Below are positions 31,962-40,991 of a stretch of 64,000 nucleotides of DNA, one piece after another. The notes under the pieces are model-generated. The model made no database searches. It worked only from the letters and a program-made list of their open reading frames with translations, and was not told the DNA's origin. The first letter of the stretch is position 1; the number at the start of each line of letters is the position of its first letter. The translations under genes and the position numbers were made by a program. This DNA is from Thermodesulfovibrionia bacterium (lineage in GTDB: Bacteria; Nitrospirota; Thermodesulfovibrionia; UBA6902), in contig CAMYNN010000001.1 in assembly GCA_947259735.1 (NCBI GenBank), forward strand, positions 40,409 to 104,408. The letters are read 5' to 3'.

Positions 31962-32552
31962 ATGAAAAGATCAAAAATGAACGTTATTGTATTTATGGGA
32001 AGTCCGAGAAGGAACGGAAACACAGATCTGCTGTTGAAAGAGACCGTCAGGGGGATCGAGGATGCCGGTGTGGCGGTAAAAGTGTTCAATCTTAATTTAA
32101 TGAAAATCAAGGCATGTCAGGATTGCGGCGGCTGTAATGAAACGGGGAAATGCATATTTGATGATGAAATGAATATGATCTATGATGAGATAAGGGCAGC
32201 CGACAGAATCGTCCTGGCTTCACCCATATTCTTTTTCGCACTGAGTGCACAGGCAAAAGTTATGATAGACCGGTGCCAGAGCTTCTGGTGTGAAAAGTAT
32301 CTCATGGATAAACCTCTTGAGCCGGGCCCATTTGGAAGAAAAGGGCTTCTCCTGCTTGTAGGCGGCATGAAGCAGGATATCGGCATCAAGTGCGGTGAAG
32401 CCTGTGCAAAAGCTTTTTTCAGGACCGTAAGTGTTACGGAGCATGAATCTCTTTTCTATCTGAATATTGATCAGAAGGGGGATATTTTGAAACATCCGAC
32501 AGCACTGAAAGACGCATATGAAGCAGGGAAAAGGCTCCTATTGACCGAATAG
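31962..32552 (+). CDS. Iron-sulfur flavoprotein (Isf-like NADPH-dependent FMN reductase family).
   Basis: Flavodoxin-like N-terminus (VIVFMGSPRRNGNT) and a compact CQDCGGCNETGKC cysteine cluster. Confidence 0.6.
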   Translation: MKRSKMNVIVFMGSPRRNGNTDLLLKETVRGIEDAGVAVKVFNLNLMKIKACQDCGGCNETGKCIFDDEMNMIYDEIRAADRIVLASPIFFFALSAQAKVMIDRCQSFWCEKYLMDKPLEPGPFGRKGLLLLVGGMKQDIGIKCGEACAKAFFRTVSVTEHESLFYLNIDQKGDILKHPTALKDAYEAGKRLLLTE

Positions 32553-32587
32553 TGGCTGTGTTTGATGTACCTTTCTGGCTAATTCTG

Positions 32588-33640
32588 TCAGCGAAAAGCG
32601 GCCTTTAACTGCCCGCATGCTGCTGAAATGTCGGAACCCATGCTTTTTCTGATCATTGCAGTCATTCCCGCCTTTCTGAGAATGTCCTGAAATTCAGCAA
32701 TTCTCTTATCTGAAGGCTGTCTTAATTCTCCGGTATCACAGGAAGGATTAAAGGGTATCAGATTGACTTTCGATTTAATCCCTTTTAAGAGACGCACAAG
32801 TCGAACAGCGTCGTCTTTTGTGTCATTGAGTTTGCCCAATAACACATATTCAAAGGTAATGCTTCTGTTCGGCGATAAAGGGAAATCGCGGCAGGCCCTG
32901 ATAAGTTCCTTCAGTGGATATTTCCTGTTGATGGGCATAATACTTGAACGGACTTTATCGGTTGTCGCGTTCAATGATATGGCGAGGTTCACAGGAGGGC
33001 CGGTTTCGGCAAGGTTCTGAATTCCCGGTACTATGCCGGACGTTGAAAGGGTAATTTTCCTCCTGGAAATTCCCATCAGCTCAATGAGTTTTCTTAGAGC
33101 GATGGAGACTTCGGTGAAGTTGTTGAATGGTTCACCCATGCCCATCAACACAAGGTTGGAAACCTCGCGCCCCCCATCTTCGTCAGACTGGGCAGCATGC
33201 CTTTGAACCGCAATGACCTGGTCGACTATTTCATAGGCTCTCATGTTTCTTTTCAGTCCAAGGCTGCCGGTAACGCAGAATTTACATCCAACAGCGCAGC
33301 CGACCTGTGATGAGATACAGAGAGTGCACTTTCCCTTTCCCCGGCCATTTGGAATCAAAACGCTCTCTATTGACTCACCGTCTTCAAGTTCAAAGAGAAA
33401 TTTTTCTGTCCCGTCTTTTGAGATCAGTTTTTGGACAAGCTTCGAGTTGCTGATAAAAGCCTTTTCATTGAGTTCTTCCCGAAAGGCCTTTGAAAAATCA
33501 GTCATGTCATCAAAGGAGGTAGCATGTTTTCTGTATATCCAGTGTGTAAGCTGGTTCGTCCTGTAGGTTTTCTGCCCCAGCCTTTCCATAAACAGAGACA
33601 ATTCATTTTTTGATAAATGCTTAAGGTTGGTTTTCATCTG
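32588..33640 (-). CDS. rlmN: Radical-SAM 23S rRNA/tRNA adenine-C2 methyltransferase RlmN.
   Basis: CxxxCxxC (GCAVGCKFC) and the RlmN pattern. Start set at MKTNLKH; the upstream extension was rejected. Confidence 0.8.
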   Translation of the reverse strand, partial: QMKTNLKHLSKNELSLFMERLGQKTYRTNQLTHWIYRKHATSFDDMTDFSKAFREELNEKAFISNSKLVQKLISKDGTEKFLFELEDGESIESVLIPNGRGKGKCTLCISSQVGCAVGCKFCVTGSLGLKRNMRAYEIVDQVIAVQRHAAQSDEDGGREVSNLVLMGMGEPFNNFTEVSIALRKLIELMGISRRKITLSTSGIVPGIQNLAETGPPVNLAISLNATTDKVRSSIMPINRKYPLKELIRACRDFPLSPNRSITFEYVLLGKLNDTKDDAVRLVRLLKGIKSKVNLIPFNPSCDTGELRQPSDKRIAEFQDILRKAGMTAMIRKSMGSDISAACGQLKAAFR

Positions 33641-33828
33641 ATTTTCATGCAGAAACAATTGTGTTTTTATTATATCCGACTGACGCAGTCTTTTGCTCTC
33701 TGCTGTGTCAGTGAAAAGAATTGCAGTGTGAATGCCGGGCATGATCGGCCTGTTTTCCTTCGTCAGTACTATAGGATTTCTGATGCAAAAATATATTAAA
33801 GGATTAATAAAAAAAAACCGTAGTTAAT

Positions 33829-33839
33829 ATTGATAATCA
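33829..33839. promoter_or_regulatory. Perfect palindrome TTGATAATCAA, 30 nt upstream of the cheY-like gene.
   Basis: Read directly. Confidence 0.2.
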
Positions 33840-33869
33840 ACAGAAAAAAATGGCGAAGAAGAAGGGGTA

Positions 33870-34250
33870 ATGATAAAGAAAATATTAATTATTGACGACT
33901 CTCCTATTGCGAGGAAGATGCTGAAAAGCTGCATGCCAAAGGATCAGGAATTTGAGTATCATGAGGCAGGAGACGGACAGGAAGGCCTTGATAAATATAA
34001 AGAAATAAACCCGGATGTGACATTTATGGATTTGACCATGCCTGTTATGACAGGGGATGAGTCAATCGGGAAAATAATAAATTATGACCGGAATGCAGTC
34101 ATAATTGTCGTAACTGCTGATATCCAGATGAAACAAATTATGAAAGTTATGGAATTGGGCGCATGTCTTGTGTTAAAGAAGCCGGTGAAAAAAGATGATA
34201 TTCTGACTGCCCTGTCAGACGTAGACGAACTCCTTAACAGAGTAATTTAA
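33870..34250 (+). CDS. Single-domain CheY-like response regulator.
   Basis: REC fold with conserved DD...D...T...K positions. Confidence 0.8.
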   Translation: MIKKILIIDDSPIARKMLKSCMPKDQEFEYHEAGDGQEGLDKYKEINPDVTFMDLTMPVMTGDESIGKIINYDRNAVIIVVTADIQMKQIMKVMELGACLVLKKPVKKDDILTALSDVDELLNRVI

Positions 34251-34251
34251 T

Positions 34252-34896
34252 ATGTACATTGATACCGAGAAAATATTTACCGTCGAGGAGACATACACTC
34301 TCCAGGAAATAATGAATATTGCCTTCGGACAAGCTGCAGCCGATCTGGCAGAAGTCATTGATACCTATGTTGTCTTAAATGTTCCCTATCTGAAAATAAT
34401 GCACATGACAGAGCTTTCTCACTATTTCAGTGAAAATATGCAGGAGTATAAAAAGATCAGCATTGTTGAACAAAAGTTCCGGGGGAAGTTCAAAGGTGAT
34501 GCACTCCTTGTTTTTTCTTCCGGAGCGGGAAAAGAATTGATGGATATGCTCCAGCAGGATGAGTCTTTCGGTTCTGGTTCTGATCCTGTGGAAATCGTGG
34601 AGAGAGAAACATTAATGGAAGTCGGGAATATCCTTATTGGGGCCTGTGTAGGAAGGCTCGCAGAACTGCTGAAAGATGTGGTGAACTATACTCCTCCCAG
34701 GGTCATTGTGGAAACGGATTACAATGAAGATGTACTTGAGAGCAGGTATAAGGGGAGTCAGACGGTAATTGTTTTGAAAACAAACTTTACTTTTGATAAG
34801 GGAAATGTGAGCGGGTTACTTTTTCTGGTTACCGATCAGGAATCCATAAGCTGGTTGAAGGACGCATTGCGTTTATTCATCGAACAGTATGAATGA
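34252..34896 (+). CDS. CheC-family CheY-P phosphatase-like protein.
   Basis: Two E-x2-N-x(20-22)-P CheC motifs (QEIMNIAFGQ..NVP and MEVGNILIG..TPP). Starts 2 nt after the cheY-like stop. Confidence 0.6.
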   Translation: MYIDTEKIFTVEETYTLQEIMNIAFGQAAADLAEVIDTYVVLNVPYLKIMHMTELSHYFSENMQEYKKISIVEQKFRGKFKGDALLVFSSGAGKELMDMLQQDESFGSGSDPVEIVERETLMEVGNILIGACVGRLAELLKDVVNYTPPRVIVETDYNEDVLESRYKGSQTVIVLKTNFTFDKGNVSGLLFLVTDQESISWLKDALRLFIEQYE

Positions 34897-35795
34897 TTTT
34901 AAATCAGGTTTTCGACGAAATAAATATCGGTCTTGTCATTCTTGACAGAGACATGAAGGTTCAGAAATGGAACCGGTGGATGGAACTTCACAGCGGTTTC
35001 GGTGCAGACAGGATCGTGGGCTCTTCCATTTTTGACTACTTCCCCGACCTGAACAATAAAAAATTCCACCGCAGCTGCAAGTCAGTATTTTCCTTCGGCA
35101 ACTGCTGTTTTTTCTCGCAGAAGCTCCACCACTATCTGTTTCCTTTTAAATCATCAGGCTACATTGATTCAGGCTTTGAATATATGCAGCAGAGTTGTTC
35201 TATGGGGCCTCTCCGTGATGAAAATAACGTCATTCAGTATTTGTTTATCCACGTTCAGGATGTAACAGAAGTTGCGCTCTATGAGCAAAAACTTGTGGAC
35301 ATGAACCTGAAAGACGGTCTTACGGGAATTTATAACAGGCGTTTCATGGAAGTGAAGCTCAGAGAAGAGTTTGACCGGTGCAGAAGGTATAACAGGGATT
35401 TCAGCATAATAATGTTTGACATCGATCATTTTAAAAATGTGAATGATGAGTACGGCCATCAATGCGGAGACTTTATTTTAAAGTCCATCAGTTCCAGGGT
35501 TTTGTCCATAATCAGAAACGTTGATTATCTTTTTCGGTATGGAGGGGAGGAGTTCTGTTGTCTCCTTCCTGAAACACAAATGAACAACGCCTTTATTGTT
35601 GCAGAGAGATTCAGGACAGCCATCATGGCAATGGAGAATGATTATGCCGGGTCAATTGTAAAGGTCACAATAAGTCTTGGAGTTGCCGGAATGGATAAAG
35701 ATATTGATTCCTCTGACAATATGGTCAAGATGGCTGATGATGCCCTCTATAAAGCGAAAAGGGAAGGGCGTAACAGGGCCCTGATCATGGGCTGA
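34893..35795 (+). CDS. PAS-GGDEF diguanylate cyclase.
   Basis: N-terminal PAS-like region, RxxD I-site and GGEEF. Overlaps the upstream gene by 4 nt. Confidence 0.8.
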   Translation: MILNQVFDEINIGLVILDRDMKVQKWNRWMELHSGFGADRIVGSSIFDYFPDLNNKKFHRSCKSVFSFGNCCFFSQKLHHYLFPFKSSGYIDSGFEYMQQSCSMGPLRDENNVIQYLFIHVQDVTEVALYEQKLVDMNLKDGLTGIYNRRFMEVKLREEFDRCRRYNRDFSIIMFDIDHFKNVNDEYGHQCGDFILKSISSRVLSIIRNVDYLFRYGGEEFCCLLPETQMNNAFIVAERFRTAIMAMENDYAGSIVKVTISLGVAGMDKDIDSSDNMVKMADDALYKAKREGRNRALIMG

Positions 35796-35897
35796 CTTTT
35801 ATTTCTCTTCAACACAGGTCCTGCCCTGTATTTCCCGCCTTTTTATTTCTCCTGTCAAACTGTTGACGTTGTTACCATATTATGGCAATATAGTCCT

Positions 35898-37367
35898 ATG
35901 TATCGAATACTGGTTATAGACGACGAAGAATCAATCCGGGAATTGCTGTCAGATTTTCTCCCGGAAAAGGGAACTGACGTTGTCACTGCATCAAGCGGTG
36001 AAAGGGGTCTGAGTCTCCTCAAAGAAGAAAAATTCGACCTTTTTCTGCTCGATTTAATGATGCCGGGAATAAGCGGCCTTGATGTTCTCAGAGAGGCTGC
36101 AGCGGAAAATATTGAGGTGCCTTCAATTGTAATAACTGCCCATGCGACTGTTCAGACTGCCGTTGAGGCAATGAAGCTGGGCGCCTTTGATTATATTACG
36201 AAACCCTTTAACCTTGAAGAATTATACCTGTCAATAAAAAGGGCGATTGATCATTCCAGATTGCAGGAGGAAAATGCCCGCCTGAAAAAAGAACTCAAGA
36301 AAAGAAGAAATAGTGTTTCCAAACTTCGGGAAGAAAATAAAGTACTGAAAACAGAGTTGCAGAAAGGTGTAAGTCAAAACAAAAGGGCCCTCGACAAGAT
36401 AGTAGGAAAGTCAAAGACGATTCAGGATGTTATTACCTTTATCGAGAAAATTGCAGATACTGACAGCACTGTTCTTGTTACAGGGGAAAGCGGTACAGGA
36501 AAGGAACTTGTCGCCAAGACAATACACTTCAACAGTTCACGGTCGAATAAGCCATATGTTCCACTTAATTGCGCGGCTATCCCGAGGGATATTCTTGAGT
36601 CCGAACTTTTCGGCCATGAAAAAGGAGCTTTTACCGGAGCAATCAACACGAGAATAGGGCGTTTTGAACTTGCCAATCATGGAACTATTTTCCTTGACGA
36701 GATTGGAGAACTTGCACCCGCGCTTCAGGTCAAACTGCTGCGAATTCTCCAGGAAAGGGAATTTGAACGGGTAGGCGGGATCAAGACGTTAAAAGTGGAT
36801 GTACGGGTAATTGCCGCCACGAACAGAGACCTCGAAAAAGCGGTGAGCGAAGGAATGTTCAGGGAGGACCTTTATTACCGATTGAATGTAATTCCTCTCC
36901 AATTACCTCCTTTAAGAAAGATGAAGGGTGATGTGCCGCTCTTAGTTGAACATTTCCTTACCCATATGTCGAAGAGAAAGGGAAAGACACGGCCTCATAT
37001 TTCAGCAGAAGTAATGAAATCCCTTTCAAGTTACATTTGGCCGGGAAATGTCCGTGAGCTTGAAAATATTATTGAGAGAATGTTGATACTGAAAGAGGGC
37101 GAAGACGTTACCGTCGATGATCTTCCGGACAGGATTCGTGATCAGCACCTTCCTCAGGGTGGATCTTTGAAGGGACAGTCTCTCTCTGCTGATGGTGTGA
37201 ATCTTAACATGATGCTCGATGAGATAGAGAATAAGATGATTATTCAGGCCCTGGAGCTATCAAAAGGGGTGAAGAGTAAGGCAGCAAACCTCCTGGGACT
37301 GAATCGAACGACACTCATTGAGAAGATGAAGAAAAAAGCGATAGAATACGGCATGTCGCAAAAATAG
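35898..37367 (+). CDS. Sigma-54-dependent response regulator of the NtrC family.
   Basis: REC domain, AAA+ module with GAFTGA (EKGAFTGA), C-terminal HTH. An unusual ~60-aa coiled-coil/Lys-rich insert lies between REC and AAA+. Confidence 0.85.
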   Translation: MYRILVIDDEESIRELLSDFLPEKGTDVVTASSGERGLSLLKEEKFDLFLLDLMMPGISGLDVLREAAAENIEVPSIVITAHATVQTAVEAMKLGAFDYITKPFNLEELYLSIKRAIDHSRLQEENARLKKELKKRRNSVSKLREENKVLKTELQKGVSQNKRALDKIVGKSKTIQDVITFIEKIADTDSTVLVTGESGTGKELVAKTIHFNSSRSNKPYVPLNCAAIPRDILESELFGHEKGAFTGAINTRIGRFELANHGTIFLDEIGELAPALQVKLLRILQEREFERVGGIKTLKVDVRVIAATNRDLEKAVSEGMFREDLYYRLNVIPLQLPPLRKMKGDVPLLVEHFLTHMSKRKGKTRPHISAEVMKSLSSYIWPGNVRELENIIERMLILKEGEDVTVDDLPDRIRDQHLPQGGSLKGQSLSADGVNLNMMLDEIENKMIIQALELSKGVKSKAANLLGLNRTTLIEKMKKKAIEYGMSQK

Positions 37368-37472
37368 CATAGTTGGATCCAGCCGCTCCAGTATAGGGAG
37401 CGCACCCGCCACCCGCGTCATATAAATGACGTGTCTATGAATCAATACCTATATTAAATGGACAGTTAGAAG

Positions 37473-37487
37473 TGGCACACTTATTGC
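37473..37487 (+). promoter_or_regulatory. Sigma-54 promoter TGGCACactta-TTGC with exact GG-N10-GC spacing, 13 nt upstream of the AMIN-TPR ATG.
   Basis: GG at 37474-75 and GC at 37486-87. Confidence 0.55.
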
Positions 37488-37499
37488 TCAGACAGGGGC

Positions 37500-39794
37500 A
37501 TGATTTATTTGCGTGCAATGAGCCTCTTCATCCTTGGTGCGACGCTGCTGCTGACGGGCATTGCACATGCGATAGTTCAGGGCGATGGATCAGACTCGCT
37601 GGCTATCAGGGCAGGGGACCATGACGATTTTCTGAGAATTGTGTTTGAAGGGAATAAAGAAGTGATTTCAAGGGGAAAGGCAATCCTGGAAGAAAAGGAA
37701 GTTACTGTTCGTTTTTCCGGTCTGGATATTAACGTAAAAAAGGCAGAACTGACTGTTGCATACAGTATTGAGAAGGATGTTGTCAGGTTTACATTAAAAA
37801 AGGAAGGACGGCTTGAGAGTTTTATCCTCGATAATCCAAGCCGGCTTGTCATTGACATCTACGGGAAGAAAGAGGAAAAAACAGACGAAAAAACACCAGA
37901 AAACGGGTCGATTGAAAAAAAGGAACCAATCAGCAGGGAAGGAAGGAAAGAAACGGTGCTCCAAAAAAGAGAAGTCCCGGACCCTTCGGAAGTGACTGAC
38001 ACGACCAGTCCGGAAAAGCCCGTAACCAGGCAGACAGAAGGAGACTTTATTCCCGAGAGATATAAAGCAATGTGGTCTCTTCTGGAATCAGGTAATTTTT
38101 TTGCTGTTCTGAAAGAGCTTCCAGCTTATGAACCGAAGGAGGTTGAGCTGCGTGCGGCATTTTATTATATCTATGCCGGGGCAAACATCAAGGCGAAACA
38201 ATATATGGATGCCGTCAAGTACCTGAGGCTTGCCTATATATTCTCAAATAATCATGCATTGAAGGAACATGCATTGATAAAAAGAGCGGTGATGTACAAG
38301 CAGATGAAGCTGGACCATGAGGCAAGGGCTGACTATATTGTTTTCATCAGAGATTTCCCATCTTCCGAATTTATCGAAAGCGCGCATTTTGGACTGGCAG
38401 AAAGTCTTTACCGTATCGGCCTTTACCAGGAAGCTGTCGAGCACTACAGGAAAGCTGGTCATGAACCCAAAGTCCTCTATAGCATGGCCAATGCCTTGCA
38501 GAGGCTTGAGAAGACCGGGGATGCAGAAAAAGTTTACGAGACGGCAAAGCTTAAGGATATGAAATATCCGAGAAGCTCTCCCGAAACGTATTATCTCATG
38601 GGTGAAAATATGCGTATTATGGGCAAATACGAAGAAGCAAAGAAACACATGTCAGTTATCAATTTAGGCCCCTTTCGCGATAGTGCTTCTATCAGCCTTG
38701 GTCTGATAGCGATGGAAGAGACTGATACAAATGAGGCTTTCAGCAAGTTTCAGGAAGCAGCCCGTTCAATAGATCCGAAAATACAGGTGCAGGCACTCTT
38801 CCATTTATCGCTGGCATTAATAAAGTCCGGTAAATTCAAGGAGGCTACGCAGAGCCTCGAAAAAATAAGAAGAGAACATATTGATTCAAACATGTATAAA
38901 GATACTCTTCTTGTCCTGGCAAAACTGTACAAGAAGGAAGACCGGTTAAAAGAATCAGTCTCTTTGCTGAAAGAACTTGTGTACGGAAAAAAACCTCCGC
39001 GAGAAGCCTTTGATGAGCTTGAGAGAATTGTAATTAAGGCCGGAAACTCATCGAAAGAAAGCGATTTGAAACTCGTAGATTTATGGAATCAGGTTGGTCA
39101 ATGGCTCATTGACGAGAGCAGAGAAGACTTCCTGGTTACTGTAGCCGGGAAGTTGAGAAATGAAGGGAAGCCATTTATTGACTTGTGCTTATGGCTTGTG
39201 GCGAACGGGTCTCAACATGCGAAGGGAACTGCAGCAGTGGCCCTGGCAGACTATAACATCGGGATAGGGAACAATGAAATGTCCAAGAAGTATATCGCCA
39301 TAGCAAAGGAATCGGAAAAGTCCGGTGATGATGTATTAAGGGTCGAGGCAAGAATTTATCTTTCAGAAGACAGGAAAGAAGCTGCACTTAAGAAGATACT
39401 GATGATAAAAAATATTGAAAAAGAAGATCTTGGTCAGCTGGCAGGCATAATATCTGATCTGAGACAGAGGGGATCTGTCAAAGTAAAGGATGCTCTTGTC
39501 TTTTACGAAGGTGCACTGAAAAAATCAGACGGGAATGCTGAGGACTATACGAATCTGGCCGATATTCTCTATTCCATGGGGGAACGGGGAAAGGCGCTTG
39601 AGTACTATAAACTTGCCTACGCCAGACAGCCTGATGACGAATGGGCGATGTACCGGGTGGGAAGGGATGCTAGTAACCCGGAATCCAGGGATATTCTCGA
39701 TCGATTACAAAACGGGGATACTCTTTTCGGACGTCTTGCAAAATCCAAACTGATGGAAATAACACTCCAGAGCAGAGTTCAGGAGGTGTTTTAA
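37500..39794 (+). CDS. Secreted AMIN-domain protein with multiple TPR repeats.
   Basis: Signal-peptide-like N-terminus. AMIN-like beta-region (SLAIRAG...RLVIDIYG). TPR-like helical repeats. The stop overlaps the histidine-kinase ATG (TAATG). Confidence 0.6.
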   Translation: MIYLRAMSLFILGATLLLTGIAHAIVQGDGSDSLAIRAGDHDDFLRIVFEGNKEVISRGKAILEEKEVTVRFSGLDINVKKAELTVAYSIEKDVVRFTLKKEGRLESFILDNPSRLVIDIYGKKEEKTDEKTPENGSIEKKEPISREGRKETVLQKREVPDPSEVTDTTSPEKPVTRQTEGDFIPERYKAMWSLLESGNFFAVLKELPAYEPKEVELRAAFYYIYAGANIKAKQYMDAVKYLRLAYIFSNNHALKEHALIKRAVMYKQMKLDHEARADYIVFIRDFPSSEFIESAHFGLAESLYRIGLYQEAVEHYRKAGHEPKVLYSMANALQRLEKTGDAEKVYETAKLKDMKYPRSSPETYYLMGENMRIMGKYEEAKKHMSVINLGPFRDSASISLGLIAMEETDTNEAFSKFQEAARSIDPKIQVQALFHLSLALIKSGKFKEATQSLEKIRREHIDSNMYKDTLLVLAKLYKKEDRLKESVSLLKELVYGKKPPREAFDELERIVIKAGNSSKESDLKLVDLWNQVGQWLIDESREDFLVTVAGKLRNEGKPFIDLCLWLVANGSQHAKGTAAVALADYNIGIGNNEMSKKYIAIAKESEKSGDDVLRVEARIYLSEDRKEAALKKILMIKNIEKEDLGQLAGIISDLRQRGSVKVKDALVFYEGALKKSDGNAEDYTNLADILYSMGERGKALEYYKLAYARQPDDEWAMYRVGRDASNPESRDILDRLQNGDTLFGRLAKSKLMEITLQSRVQEVF

Positions 39795-40990
39795 TGGAAA
39801 AAGCGGTAAAACTCAATGAAGCTTTTCACAACTTTACACAGGCATCAAAAAGTCTTGAAACATACTACGGAAAGCTTCAAAAACGGGTCCGGTACCTGAC
39901 AGAGGAGCTTGAGAAAAAAAATACCCAGCTGAGCGGAGCGATTTCTGAAGTGAAGGAATCAAAAGATTACCTGCAGGCGGTTTTGCAGAGCATTGGAGAA
40001 GCAATTATAGTACTCGACAGTGAAGATAGAATCACCATTATCAACAGGGCTGCAGAGAAACTTCTCGGTGCTGATGTTCAGAGGGTTACAAACAAAATGT
40101 TTCACCAGCTGAATATTAGTATTGAAGACAACAATTCCGGTACGAGACTGACAGTCGATGGGAGAGTGTCAGACGTAATTGTTTCCCGGTCTACAATATC
40201 CGGACCGGAAGGAGCGGAAAGGGGCTTTGTAATACTGGTAAAAGACATTACGCGGCTGAAAGAACTTGAGAGGCAGAATGAGAGAAATCAAAGGTTAATT
40301 GCAATGGGTGAAATGGCTGCGAAAATAGTCCATGAAATTAGAAGCCCCTTATGCAGCATAGAGCTCTTTTCAAACATGCTCTCAAAAGATTTGGAAAATA
40401 CAACCCATTCTGACATGGCAAATGGAATCTCAACGGGAATTAAAAGCCTCAACAATATTCTTACGAACATGCTGTTTTTTGCAAAAGCACAAAAGCCTTC
40501 GTTCAGGGAAGTACGACCTTCCGAAGCGGTTGAAGAATCGGTGAAAATGCTCTTCCCGCTTGTTCAGATTCGTGGAATTAAGATTTCAAAGAAACTGTCC
40601 AATGATGCAGTGAGCGGGGATCTTGAACTCATGAAGCAGGTATTTATGAACATAATTCAGAATTCCATCCAGGCTATGCCTGACGGGGGAATACTGAACA
40701 TAAAAATGGAGGAATACGGAGAATGGATAAAGGTTTCCGTAACAGACAGCGGAAGCGGGATCAGTCAGGAAAATATCGAAAAAATATTTGATCCCTTCTT
40801 CAGTACAAAAGATAACGGAACCGGGTTGGGGCTTGCTATTGCCAATAAAATTATGCAGAGCCACGGCGGCATAATCAAGGCCTTCGGAAAAGAGGGTGAG
40901 GGCAGTACCTTCGACCTCTGCTTCCCTAAACAAAAAGTATCAGACAGTGAAATATCCGCAGAAATCTTATATGAAAAAGCAGGTATATAA
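39794..40990 (+). CDS. Cytoplasmic sensor histidine kinase (PAS-HisKA-HATPase), FleS/FlgS-like.
   Basis: H-box (IVHEIRSPL) and N/G1/G2 boxes. No TM segment. Confidence 0.8.
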   Translation: MEKAVKLNEAFHNFTQASKSLETYYGKLQKRVRYLTEELEKKNTQLSGAISEVKESKDYLQAVLQSIGEAIIVLDSEDRITIINRAAEKLLGADVQRVTNKMFHQLNISIEDNNSGTRLTVDGRVSDVIVSRSTISGPEGAERGFVILVKDITRLKELERQNERNQRLIAMGEMAAKIVHEIRSPLCSIELFSNMLSKDLENTTHSDMANGISTGIKSLNNILTNMLFFAKAQKPSFREVRPSEAVEESVKMLFPLVQIRGIKISKKLSNDAVSGDLELMKQVFMNIIQNSIQAMPDGGILNIKMEEYGEWIKVSVTDSGSGISQENIEKIFDPFFSTKDNGTGLGLAIANKIMQSHGGIIKAFGKEGEGSTFDLCFPKQKVSDSEISAEILYEKAGI

Positions 40991-40991
40991 C

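Noticed and set aside
40896-40991. Longer N-terminal extension of the FleR-like regulator, starting inside the kinase gene.
   Set aside because: The extension overlaps the histidine kinase C-terminus in another frame. The ATG at 40992 gives the canonical REC N-terminus (MNENMNSVLVVDDD).
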